Of a stretch of 64,000 nucleotides of DNA, positions 54,201 to 62,288 are shown piece by piece. A program made the position numbers and the translations under genes. The number at the start of each line of letters is the position of its first letter. The first letter of the stretch is position 1. The notes below the pieces were generated by a model, which was given only the letters and a program-made list of their open reading frames with translations, had not been told where the DNA came from and searched no databases. This DNA is from Candidatus Omnitrophota bacterium (GTDB lineage Bacteria > Omnitrophota > Gorgyraeia > 2-01-FULL-45-10), in assembly GCA_041650935.1 (NCBI GenBank), contig JBAZKH010000004.1:5040-69039 (forward strand), given 5' to 3'.

Positions 54201-57200
54201 CCCTGCACCGCCGCCGCAAGGCCCGCAGCGGTGAGAGTTACGAGATGTCCAACATGGAATACAGGGTGATACTTAGAAATACCGGGGAGATATTCAGCGA
54301 GGGTATTCACAAGGAATGCGACGTGACCAGGCGCTCTTACGACCCGATGGACCCTTGCGGAAGGATACTCTTTATTATGGATGCGGCCGAGAAACCCGAT
54401 AGCGCAAAACGCTTCTGGCCGGTCGTCGGAAATTTCCCGCAAGGCAAATTCGAGGCCTCTTCTATCGAAAAGAAGGCAGATGCCTTCAATATCCTCAATA
54501 CATCCAACGGTATCAGGACGACCGTAAAGATCGGCCTGCCCGACAAAGAGAGCACGGTGGAGATATGGGAAGTTACCGTAGAGAATACGACGGATAAGGC
54601 GCGCCGGATCAAAGTTGTGCCGTATCTGGAATGGGTGCTCGTCGGAGGGATTCACGACAGGTTCCATACGCAGTACGCAAGGTTATATCCCGAGATGGAG
54701 TATGCGGCCCAGGCCAACGCTATCCTCGCTTATCAGAAGAGCGCTAAGACGATGGGACTATTGGCGAGCGATATTCCGCCGGAAGGTTTTCTTACTTCAC
54801 GCATCGATTTTATCGGCCGGAGCCGGAGTATCTGGTCGCCGCGGATCGCCCAGACTATGGATTTCCTGGGAGCCGGGGATACGAACCCTTATCCGACGTT
54901 CGATCCGATAGGGAGCCTTGCGGTAAATGCGGAATTGCAGGCCGGGGGTTCTATAAAGATGCGTTTTGCAATAGGTTTTACAAAGAATAGGAAGATGGCG
55001 CTCGAGATGATAACAAGGTTCCTGAAGCCGGCTGTGTCCAAGGCGGCTGTTGCGCCGGAGAAGAAGAAAGAGCTTTTGATAGGCCACGGCGAGATCCCCC
55101 CGGGGACGCCGCAGCCGTACTCGACATTTACCGATAACGGCAGGCGGCTCGTCGTCCATACGCCGTTTACGCCGCGGCCGGTCGATCATGCCGTGTCGAA
55201 TGCCATACATTCCATAATGGTCACCAACCGCGGCCTTCACACGTCGTCCAACGGCAATTCACAGCAGAACCGCCTGACGCCGGATTGGCCGGATATAGTT
55301 ACAAAAGAGATACCGACCGAGGCGTTCTATCTATACGACCCGGACGCCAAAGAGTGGTATTCGCCGACCTATCTTCCGCTCGCCGATGGCAGCGCGAAGA
55401 ACGAATCGGAGTTCGGCGTGGACGGGACGGCAGTCTTCCGCATGTCCCGCGGGGACATTGCGACGGAGCTGACGGTATTCGTTCCGCCGGATGATCCCGC
55501 AGGCATCTATCTATTAACGATAAGGAATAACGCAAAACGCGAAAAGCGCCTGCGTATCGTGCCGTATTTCCAGATGGTTCTGGGGTTCCAGCCCGAAAGA
55601 GCGGGTCCTCTGGTGATGCGTTACGATAAGACATTGCAGACACTCTTCTTCTCTAACCCGCGCAACATCTTCCGTACAGGATGGGCCTTTGTCTCCACAT
55701 CGATGCGGCAGGTGCGCGTAGAGACGAATCGCGGCAGATTTTTCGGCAAGGGACGCGATGTTGTGCATCCGTTCATGGTCAAGGAAGGCTCGCCGGACAG
55801 GAAACAATCCGGCGATGAGTCGCAGGTGGCATCTTTCTTAAGCGAGGTGCGGATACCAGCCGGAGGAGAATATACGCTCGCGGTCGTTATGGGACAGACC
55901 GACGAATGCAAGGACGCGCGTAAGATCATCGAGAAGTATAAAGACCTCGACGCCGCGCGTAAGAGCCTTGAGGATACAAAGAAGTGGTGGTTAAGTCTCA
56001 TGGGAACGCTAGAGGTCCAGACCAACTCTCCGGAGTTCGACCGTTACCAGAACTGGCTTAAATACCAGGCTCTCGCGGAGCGCATATGGGCCCGCCGGGG
56101 TTTTTACCAGACGAGCGGCGCTTACGGTTTCAGGGACCAGCTGCAGGATACCGTGAATCTTATATGGGTCGATCCGGCCCTGGCGCGCAAGCAGATAATA
56201 TTACATGCCTCTCAGCAGTTTATCGAAGGCGACGTATTCCACTGGTTCTTTACATTGACAGACGGCCGTACTGCATTTTCGTGCCGGTCGCATGCCTCCG
56301 ATAACCCGATATGGCTGGTATGGGGCGTTGCGGAGTATATAAAAGCAACGGGGGATTCGTCGATCCTGGACGAGATGGCTTCGTACGTGGTATCGCAATT
56401 CCCGTTTGCAAAGCTTCCCAAGAATAAACAGGGATGGGGCCACCTGTATCACAGGACGACCCGCGCGGATACTGTCTACAGACACTGCGTAAAGTCGCTC
56501 GACCTCATACTGAATGATCGTATGGGCAAGAACGAACTGCCGCTTATCCAGACCGGCGACTGGAATGACGGTCTCGACGAGATAGGCAGCGAGGGGCGGG
56601 GCGAGAGCGTATGGCTCGGCTTCTTCCTATATTATATATTGAGGGACATGCTCGGTGTGATCGAGCTAAAAGAAGGCCCGAAACGCAGGGCGCATTACGC
56701 TGCCAGGATGGAGGCGCTAAAAGCCGCTTTAGAAAAGACATGGCGCTCGGACCGTTACCTCAGGGCGATCCATGACGACGGCACCGAGATCGGCATAAAA
56801 GGCAGCGGCGTCTGGGAGATAGACGCGCTTACCGCGTCGTGGGCCGTCATGAGCGGTATAAATTTCGAAAGGGGCCTTACGATATTCAATACCGCCCTTA
56901 GCATTCTTGAAAAAGATAACGCGATACTTTTGGGATGGCCCGCCCTGCGCGAAGATACCAAGCCGTATCTCGGCCGCTCGAGCAAGTACCCCGAAGGCGT
57001 CCGCGAGAACGGCATGTATTGCCATGGCGTCCAGTGGCTCGTAAAGGCCGCGAGGATCCTGGCGGAAGAATTCGACAAGAGAAATCAGGCCGCCGAAGCG
57101 GATGAGTATAGAAAGACCGCTTACAGGCTCTGGCTCAAGGTCTCGGCGATCCCGCGCGTAAAAGAGATGGAACTCTACGGGGGACAGCCGAACAAACAGT

Positions 57201-57430
57201 CCGCCGATATACTCACTACCTTCGACCGCGGCCGCATGATATGGCACGGTTATACCGGCGCTGCCGGATGGATGCTGCGCCAGGCTTTTGAAGGCGTCGT
57301 CGGTGCGTCGCTTGTCAAGAATGAGCTCATCCTGCCCAAGGACCTCGATAAGCCAAGAGGCGACCTTAAGGTAAAGAGCGTGCGCCGCGACATAACGAAA
57401 AGCCCGATCAAAGATCTGAAACCCTGTTAA
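51296..57430 (+). CDS. Giant membrane protein (2,044 aa): signal peptide + CBM-like domain + large polytopic membrane region + C-terminal GH94 domain. It is like the cyclic-β-1,2-glucan-synthase C-terminus, but lacks a recognisable GT84 domain.
   Basis: Signal peptide MIECCRKKCFSLLIPVILLTVCATAAFA|DEG. About 700 residues of stacked TM helices. C-terminal YGFRDQLQD (56122-56150) and GDWNDG (56554-56571). Confidence 0.85.
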   Translation: MIECCRKKCFSLLIPVILLTVCATAAFADEGRRSSIVTDPTGFSILEAGEKGMFNMGPAMGDVTSEREEFINKDVLKFDYTIFGGAIVGVWTKSFPPRLGPKLVDAVRIGVKISTKEQLRQISVKAEIKGKNAVQTIPLRLENGWIHVREAVDWNRIGALNEAVFVVSPMVTNKKLDGIIYFELDFYKMTFLEKRLAAIKDVIVLALALFLILAAGFLGRLFVRKSGDGRAVSGIKRDFLYGITAVLIASAGLGIYAMGMENPLNTGLRFDFVIIAFLGPAIAEIFKRGLTGRHLTPGEVFQNVLISGFLAAASSRMTLLQAPSSWVQLIMFNNFAAALTFIIYHAANGRALAVHGKHLRPITVALIGGTPYIFNWLLLLESSGIVEAIGNAFTFGIWVYWSDILQNIGRFIVIFVFNEIIANGISLALRERVLKPAKAHIAIFLVSVGVVIAPIIADLGSTAAIASLPAFLKAVACILTSMLSFGGLWAEVYLITGMFLDSGKLIAPSAETLVRHVNAGTKKGMAFSAIVMAILFALSMVIAAPISQKVISGIPLVIGIIVGAIIFPFAKTIMETFDGSLPFFERTRYSYKDVSLYARGAVVGFGFAYALSKGMVGRPMGDRVLFGFIIGILSSGGVSFLRDVVWAFKGQGRVHTWKLYFVDSIFGAFIGSAAAFYMDALQVPVIVDKFKLYVSSGFQAMEYITYPLINNNKWGNINLGAYTGGVKLLYTESLAGVINWSIAAWLFAINKVFMQAYFEKDKTPIKFFFSKAGFAQLVEHMIYVLRWGLWMSPIIFTGLRMMPDPTWYNQDGAIRTIFATFNNITMSPEGFRQWSLQVFIWIMAFDFFRVLIWMDHMGLRVATLVNLSFLGLDRLDEKLARFIGPAAAQRYIPDAVKRFATWAPLLIPFYIPRGREWDQVWDTSQAMQNAAMSRKGMVAVFQDFPALEKILILAGAVILFTAVSFGVRALHRRRKARSGESYEMSNMEYRVILRNTGEIFSEGIHKECDVTRRSYDPMDPCGRILFIMDAAEKPDSAKRFWPVVGNFPQGKFEASSIEKKADAFNILNTSNGIRTTVKIGLPDKESTVEIWEVTVENTTDKARRIKVVPYLEWVLVGGIHDRFHTQYARLYPEMEYAAQANAILAYQKSAKTMGLLASDIPPEGFLTSRIDFIGRSRSIWSPRIAQTMDFLGAGDTNPYPTFDPIGSLAVNAELQAGGSIKMRFAIGFTKNRKMALEMITRFLKPAVSKAAVAPEKKKELLIGHGEIPPGTPQPYSTFTDNGRRLVVHTPFTPRPVDHAVSNAIHSIMVTNRGLHTSSNGNSQQNRLTPDWPDIVTKEIPTEAFYLYDPDAKEWYSPTYLPLADGSAKNESEFGVDGTAVFRMSRGDIATELTVFVPPDDPAGIYLLTIRNNAKREKRLRIVPYFQMVLGFQPERAGPLVMRYDKTLQTLFFSNPRNIFRTGWAFVSTSMRQVRVETNRGRFFGKGRDVVHPFMVKEGSPDRKQSGDESQVASFLSEVRIPAGGEYTLAVVMGQTDECKDARKIIEKYKDLDAARKSLEDTKKWWLSLMGTLEVQTNSPEFDRYQNWLKYQALAERIWARRGFYQTSGAYGFRDQLQDTVNLIWVDPALARKQIILHASQQFIEGDVFHWFFTLTDGRTAFSCRSHASDNPIWLVWGVAEYIKATGDSSILDEMASYVVSQFPFAKLPKNKQGWGHLYHRTTRADTVYRHCVKSLDLILNDRMGKNELPLIQTGDWNDGLDEIGSEGRGESVWLGFFLYYILRDMLGVIELKEGPKRRAHYAARMEALKAALEKTWRSDRYLRAIHDDGTEIGIKGSGVWEIDALTASWAVMSGINFERGLTIFNTALSILEKDNAILLGWPALREDTKPYLGRSSKYPEGVRENGMYCHGVQWLVKAARILAEEFDKRNQAAEADEYRKTAYRLWLKVSAIPRVKEMELYGGQPNKQSADILTTFDRGRMIWHGYTGAAGWMLRQAFEGVVGASLVKNELILPKDLDKPRGDLKVKSVRRDITKSPIKDLKPC
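51390..51860 (+). other. CBM-like β-sandwich at the ORF4 N-terminus.
   Basis: ...VLKFDYTIFGGAIVGVWTKSF...AVRIGVKIS...IIYFELDFY follows the pattern of the other CBM-like domains in this window. Confidence 0.3.
54240..57430 (+). other. GH94 (glycosyl transferase family 36-type) phosphorylase-like domain of ORF4.
   Basis: Collinear with the 31495 GH94 protein: the N-terminal β-sandwich ...YRVILRNTGE..., the (alpha/alpha)6 core with FRDQLQD, and the catalytic DWNDG loop. Confidence 0.6.
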
Positions 57431-57463
57431 TTCTGCAGGGGGAGAAGGGTCCTGACATAAACC

Positions 57464-57505
57464 TTGCCTTGCATCCGGTAATCTGATATCCTGATGGCCG
57501 CAACT
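57464..57505 (+). promoter_or_regulatory. Promoter candidate and shared motif, copy 3, for the 57517 gene.
   Basis: -35 TTGCCT (57464-57469), a 17-nt spacer, then TGaTATCCT (57484-57492). ...TATCCTGAtGGCCGCaa parallels TATCCTGAgcGCCGCcg (copy 2) and TATCCAGAgtatGGCCGag (copy 1). Confidence 0.35.
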
Positions 57506-57516
57506 AACGGGGCAAA

Positions 57517-59565
57517 ATGAAGATTATTGCGAGAATTATCGTATTAAGCATGCTCTTGGCCGCTATAGACTCACCTTTGGTATTTTGCGAAAAAGATACT
57601 GCGAAAGAACCTTCCTATATAGTAATAGCCGATTTTAGCAATCCCCATCTGATCAATAATCTTAACGGCGAATCCGGCACATGGGAAAAGAATCCCGAGG
57701 ATAGATCGCAGTGGATAACTGCGTCGATCGACGATGTGACCCGCCGCGGCGAATCCGGGTCCTCGCTGAAACTGGAGTACAGCGTTGCTTCGCCCAATGA
57801 TGCGGTCAATGGTTTCTGGACGCAGCTCAGGGATTTCGACGCCTCGGGTTATGACCATTTCGAGTTTTGGGTAAAGGGGGACGAGAAGAGAGGATTTACA
57901 ACGACTTTCAAGATTGAATTTAAAAAATTCCAGAAGAGCTGGGTAGACCAGGCGGAAGAGACGGTTACCGGTACATATATAGTGAAGGGCGTTACATCCG
58001 AATGGCAGAAGGTATCGATTCCTCTGAATGTAATGAGCGGCATATCGGATTGGAAGGGCATGAGAGAGATGGTGATAAGCTTCGAGCGGAAGCGCATAAA
58101 TTCGCTCGAAGGCACTTTGTATTTCGACGACTTCGCTTTTGTCCGCACAGGTAACCCTGGCCCCGGTATAAATGATATAGTCGCGCACAAAAAGCAGAAG
58201 GCGGACATCCCTCTGGAGACGGAGGAGTTTGCCAGGTTCCTCATAGCGCGCCTGGGCGGATTTCCCGCCAAGGTCTTCGTCAAGAAAGAGTTTCCCAGGA
58301 CGGACACGGCGTTCCTGAAAGAGATTGCCAGGGATACGTGGAAATACTTCGATCTCATCGTCGACAAACAATACGGCCTGCCGCTCGATTACATAAAGTT
58401 TAATGAAACCATGACCGTTTCGAAAGATACCCGCGTCGGGGACTACACAAGCGTTACCGATATCGGCCTTTACCTGATGTGCGTAATATCCGGCTATGAC
58501 CTGGGTTTTATTACGAAAGAGGAGGCCGTCAGGCGTCTTGGCCTTACGCTCGCTTCCATAGAGAATCTTGAAAAGTATCATAATTTTCCATATAACTATT
58601 ATGATATTACGATCTTCCAGCGGACAAGCAACTTTATATCTTACGTCGACAGCGGATGGCTTGTTGCCGGTATCATCGTCACAAAGAACGCGTTTCCGAA
58701 GGAACTCGGCGCGCGGTGTCAAAAACTGATCGACAGCATAGATTTCGCCTTTTTCTACGATCCCGTGGAAGAAGAGATGTATCACGGTTTTTACACAAAT
58801 ATCGATTATTATTCGGAATACCATTACGGTGCGTTTTATACTGAGCCCAGGGCAGTGAGTTATATAGCTATAGGCAAAGGAGACGTTCCCAAACAGCATT
58901 GGTTTTCGCTCGACAGGACTATTCCAGAAACGTGGTATTGGCAGACGCAGAAACCCAAGAACAGGAAAGAGAAGACCTATCTTGGCTGTAAGACGATGGG
59001 CGGTTATTATGAATATGAAGGCGCGAAGTTCGTCCCGAGCTGGGGCGGGAGTATGTTCGAGGCGCTTATGCCGACGCTTATATTAGAGGAAAGACGCCTT
59101 GCGCCGAAAGGACTGGGACTTAACGATGAGGTCCATGCGCGGATACAGGCCAAATACGCGCTCGAGAAACTGAACTATCCCGTCTTCGGCATGTCGCCGT
59201 CGTGCGTGCCTGCCAACGGGTATTCGGAATACGGCGTAAAGCTTCTGGGCATGAAAGGGTATAAGACGGGTGTCGTTACGCCTCACGCCTCTTTTTTAGC
59301 GCTCGAATTCATCCCGAAAGAGTGCATTAAAAACCTGCGCACGATCCTGGCAAAATATAATGCCTACGGCGAATACGGCTTTTATGATGCGATAGATGTC
59401 AATACCGGTAAAGTTGCCGTAGAGTATCTCTGTCTCGACCAGGCGATGTCGCTGGTCGCTATAAATAATTACCTCAATAACGGCGCCATCCGCAAAAGGT
59501 TCCACGCCGACCCCATAGCCAAGAAAGCCGAAGAACTGCTCAAAATCGAAAAAATCTTCGAATAG
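57517..59565 (+). CDS. Secreted CBM-like domain + DUF3131/GH144-related six-hairpin glycoside-hydrolase-like domain.
   Basis: Signal peptide MKIIARIIVLSMLLAAIDSPLVFC. The N-terminal domain is collinear with the 46471 protein (...LEYSV...NGFW...VKGD...KIE...WQKVSIPL...TLYFDDFAF). C-terminal ...TSVTDIGLYLMCVISGYDLGF... and ...YGFYDAIDVNTGKVAVEYLCLDQAMSLVAINNYL parallel the GH144-like proteins. Confidence 0.75.
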   Translation: MKIIARIIVLSMLLAAIDSPLVFCEKDTAKEPSYIVIADFSNPHLINNLNGESGTWEKNPEDRSQWITASIDDVTRRGESGSSLKLEYSVASPNDAVNGFWTQLRDFDASGYDHFEFWVKGDEKRGFTTTFKIEFKKFQKSWVDQAEETVTGTYIVKGVTSEWQKVSIPLNVMSGISDWKGMREMVISFERKRINSLEGTLYFDDFAFVRTGNPGPGINDIVAHKKQKADIPLETEEFARFLIARLGGFPAKVFVKKEFPRTDTAFLKEIARDTWKYFDLIVDKQYGLPLDYIKFNETMTVSKDTRVGDYTSVTDIGLYLMCVISGYDLGFITKEEAVRRLGLTLASIENLEKYHNFPYNYYDITIFQRTSNFISYVDSGWLVAGIIVTKNAFPKELGARCQKLIDSIDFAFFYDPVEEEMYHGFYTNIDYYSEYHYGAFYTEPRAVSYIAIGKGDVPKQHWFSLDRTIPETWYWQTQKPKNRKEKTYLGCKTMGGYYEYEGAKFVPSWGGSMFEALMPTLILEERRLAPKGLGLNDEVHARIQAKYALEKLNYPVFGMSPSCVPANGYSEYGVKLLGMKGYKTGVVTPHASFLALEFIPKECIKNLRTILAKYNAYGEYGFYDAIDVNTGKVAVEYLCLDQAMSLVAINNYLNNGAIRKRFHADPIAKKAEELLKIEKIFE

Positions 59566-59618
59566 GAAAATTTTCGCTATTATTCTCAAATCTCTTATGA
59601 TACAATATAGGCATAGCG

Positions 59619-59647
59619 GGACAGATATCGAGGGGAGGTATCTGTCC
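59619..59647 (+). other. Stem-loop ggacagata / tatctgtcc with an RBS-like loop (tcgaggggagg), between the 57517 gene and the permease gene.
   Basis: A 9-bp perfect stem with an 11-nt purine-rich loop. It is followed by ttaatt rather than a T-run. It could be a terminator, a processing site or an RBS-sequestering element. Confidence 0.35.
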
Positions 59648-59665
59648 TTAATTGGAGCTACTTAA

Positions 59666-60610
59666 TTGACGAAATTAAAAAGTTCTGAAAAAGAAGCTAT
59701 CTCCGGATACCTGTTCATCCTTCCGAATTTTTTAGGGTTCCTTGTCTTTACTCTTCTGCCGGTCATATTCTCTCTGGTCTTCAGTTTCGTCAGGTGGGAC
59801 CTGCTCTCCGCGCCGGTATTTATCGGCTTCAGTAATTTCATAAGTCTTCTCGGGTTCCATAAAGAGGGGGCGGGCTGGATTGCCAACGATCCGCTATTCT
59901 GGAAGTGTTTCGGCAATACTCTTTACCTTATGATGATAATCCCCCTGGAGATAATGGCCTCCCTTATCGTTGCGCTCGTCATGAACCATAAAATGAAAGG
60001 CATGAACTTTTTTAAGACCGTCTTTTTCCTGCCCACGATCACGAACGGCGTTGCTATATGCCTTTTGTGGTACTGGATATATAATACGGATTTTGGGTTG
60101 ATAAATACCGTGATGGTAAATGCCGGCAGAGCGCTTGGCATACATATAAACGGCATCCCGTGGCTCACTTCTACGCTGTGGTCCAAGCCGTCTTTGATGA
60201 TGATGGGACTGTGGATAATGATCGGCGGCTACAACATGATCCTGTTTCTTGCCGCGCTGCAGGGGGTGCCGAGAGAGCTTTATGAAGCTGCGGAGATAGA
60301 TGGGGCGGGTTCATGGGAGAAGTTCTGGTCGATAACGTGGCCCATGATAAGCCCGACAACCTTTTTCGTCACGATAATGGCCGTTATAGGCGGGTTCCAG
60401 GGCGGGTTTATGCAGGCCTATATAATGACGGGCGGCGGACCGGAATATTCGACTACTACGCTCGAGTACCTGATATACAACCATCTCTATAGCTGGCATA
60501 ACGTCGGATATGCCGCCGCCATAGCGTGGTTTGTCTTTATAGTCATATTTTTAGTGACGCTGTTCAACTGGCGGTTCGGCGGCAAGCTCGTACAATATGC
60601 GCATTATTAA
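59666..60610 (+). CDS. Carbohydrate ABC transporter permease (MalF/UgpA-like).
   Basis: TTG start with GGAG 9 nt upstream. Six TM helices. The EAA loop ...LYEAAEIDGAGSWEKFWSITWP... Confidence 0.8.
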   Translation: MTKLKSSEKEAISGYLFILPNFLGFLVFTLLPVIFSLVFSFVRWDLLSAPVFIGFSNFISLLGFHKEGAGWIANDPLFWKCFGNTLYLMMIIPLEIMASLIVALVMNHKMKGMNFFKTVFFLPTITNGVAICLLWYWIYNTDFGLINTVMVNAGRALGIHINGIPWLTSTLWSKPSLMMMGLWIMIGGYNMILFLAALQGVPRELYEAAEIDGAGSWEKFWSITWPMISPTTFFVTIMAVIGGFQGGFMQAYIMTGGGPEYSTTTLEYLIYNHLYSWHNVGYAAAIAWFVFIVIFLVTLFNWRFGGKLVQYAHY

Positions 60611-60627
60611 GGGCATGAGGGATAACG

Positions 60628-61512
60628 ATGCGTGATGAAGTCTCGCTGGCTAAAAGGGTAAGACATTCGAACGCGCGGAAGACCTTTAAGAAGGTCTTCA
60701 TGTATCTTTTCCTTATAGCCGGCGGCATTACTATGGTACTGCCTTTCCTGTGGATGGTATCGACGTCGCTTAAATCGAACAATTCCATCTTCGCTTTCGA
60801 CATGACCAGTATACAATGGGTACCACGGCCGGTATACTGGCAGAATTATTTTGATGTTTGGAAAGTCGTGCCGTTCGCGCGATTTTACATCAACAGCATA
60901 TTTGTATGCGTCGTTGTCACGTTCGGCCAGGTCGCGACGAGCGCCCTGGCGGCATACGCGTTCGCGCGGCTGAAGTTCCCCGGCAGGGACAAGCTCTTCT
61001 TCGCGTATCTGGCGACTATGATGATCCCCGGCTCGGTGACGATGATACCGGTATTTACCATGATGAGCGTATTCGGCTGGATCGACAGCTATAAGGCGCT
61101 TATAATACCGGCCATATTCTCTGCTTACGGGACGTTCCTCCTGCGGCAATTCTTCATGACATTACCGCGCGACCTGGAAGACGCCGCCAAGATCGACGGC
61201 TGCAGCCTGTGGGGGATATTCTGGCGTGTCATACTCCCGCTTTCGCATACGGCGCTGGCAACGCTTACGATATTCGTTTCGCTCGGCAACTGGGTGAGCT
61301 TTATGTGGCCGCTGCTCGTCACGAATTCGATTGAGAAGAAGACACTGCCGATAGGGCTGGCGTATTTCCAGGAACTCTACCAGTATGCGCAGCCGGAGTG
61401 GGGGCTTTTGATGGCGGGCTCACTCATAACGATGGTTCCTATAATCATAATATTCCTCTTCAACCAGCGTTTCTTTATCGAGGGGATCAAACTTACGGGA
61501 ATGAAAGGATAA
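60628..61512 (+). CDS. Carbohydrate ABC transporter permease (MalG/UgpE-like).
   Basis: RBS GAGGG 6 nt upstream. The EAA loop ...LEDAAKIDGCSLWGIFWRVILP... Six TM helices. Confidence 0.85.
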   Translation: MRDEVSLAKRVRHSNARKTFKKVFMYLFLIAGGITMVLPFLWMVSTSLKSNNSIFAFDMTSIQWVPRPVYWQNYFDVWKVVPFARFYINSIFVCVVVTFGQVATSALAAYAFARLKFPGRDKLFFAYLATMMIPGSVTMIPVFTMMSVFGWIDSYKALIIPAIFSAYGTFLLRQFFMTLPRDLEDAAKIDGCSLWGIFWRVILPLSHTALATLTIFVSLGNWVSFMWPLLVTNSIEKKTLPIGLAYFQELYQYAQPEWGLLMAGSLITMVPIIIIFLFNQRFFIEGIKLTGMKG

Positions 61513-61529
61513 GCTGCAATATAGAGACG

Positions 61530-62288
61530 ATGAGTAAAATTGTTGAGACTATGACAAATCCGTTTAAAAAAGAACGCGTCCGCGCGTCCGCCCAGGAAGA
61601 GATCGCGAAGATATACCTTAAGGTTTCCGACAAGAGTAAAAGTAAAAAAGAGCGGGTGGTGTCGAAATTTCCATGGCTCGTTGCGGCAGCGGCAGTTGTT
61701 ATCGCGCTTGCGACGCTTCTATTCAAGAGTAATATAGATGTCAGGATAAGGATACTGGGCGAGATACCGTCGATCGGTTTCGAGGGTACCGACAAATTCG
61801 GCAGTCTTCGCGAAAAAGGCCTGTATCTGGTCAGGGGCAGCGAGCTTAATACGTACCTGGTCAAGAACGCCGATTTTACCGGTGATGCGCGGACCTTCAG
61901 CAAAGCCGGCGACGGCGCGCTCATCCTGTGTAATTCGAGGGGCAGCGGCTGGGCGAATTACGAGATATCCATGAGAGATCCTGTAAATTTGCGCAAGCTC
62001 GATCTTAAGTATATGGCTAAAGGCGGCGCCGGTGACGAGTACCTTACTGTAGTCATAGTCGATTCCGACAACAGGTCGTACAGGATAGAGAAAGATATAG
62101 TTTCGAAATTGTCGAAAGATTGGCGGCCCTATACTATAAATTTTAAACCTTTAAGCAACGCCATAGACCTGGCGAATATAATAAAGGTAAGGTTCGAATT
62201 CGGGACATTGACGGCGGGAAACAGTTCTACGTCGACACTTTTTTTAAAAGATGTATGTGTCGTTAAAACCAAGAGGATGGGGCTATGA
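61530..62288 (+). CDS. Membrane-anchored protein with an extracytoplasmic CBM-like β-sandwich.
   Basis: A single TM FPWLVAAAAVVIALATLLF after a charged N-terminus. C-terminal ...GWANYEISM...YLTVVIVDSD...WRPYTINF...IKVRFEFG...LFLKDVCVV. The start is uncertain: the alternative is the ATG at 61551, and the track's 61398 overlaps the permease. The stop overlaps the ROK gene's ATG. Confidence 0.5.
   Translation: MSKIVETMTNPFKKERVRASAQEEIAKIYLKVSDKSKSKKERVVSKFPWLVAAAAVVIALATLLFKSNIDVRIRILGEIPSIGFEGTDKFGSLREKGLYLVRGSELNTYLVKNADFTGDARTFSKAGDGALILCNSRGSGWANYEISMRDPVNLRKLDLKYMAKGGAGDEYLTVVIVDSDNRSYRIEKDIVSKLSKDWRPYTINFKPLSNAIDLANIIKVRFEFGTLTAGNSSTSTLFLKDVCVVKTKRMGL

Noticed and set aside
51296-57430. 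Calling ORF4 a canonical cyclic β-1,2-glucan synthase (Cgs/NdvB).
   Set aside because: Only the C-terminal GH94 half matches. No GT84/GT2-like DxD...QxxRW glycosyltransferase signature could be found in the N-terminal half, which is one continuous block of TM helices. It is therefore annotated as Cgs-like only.
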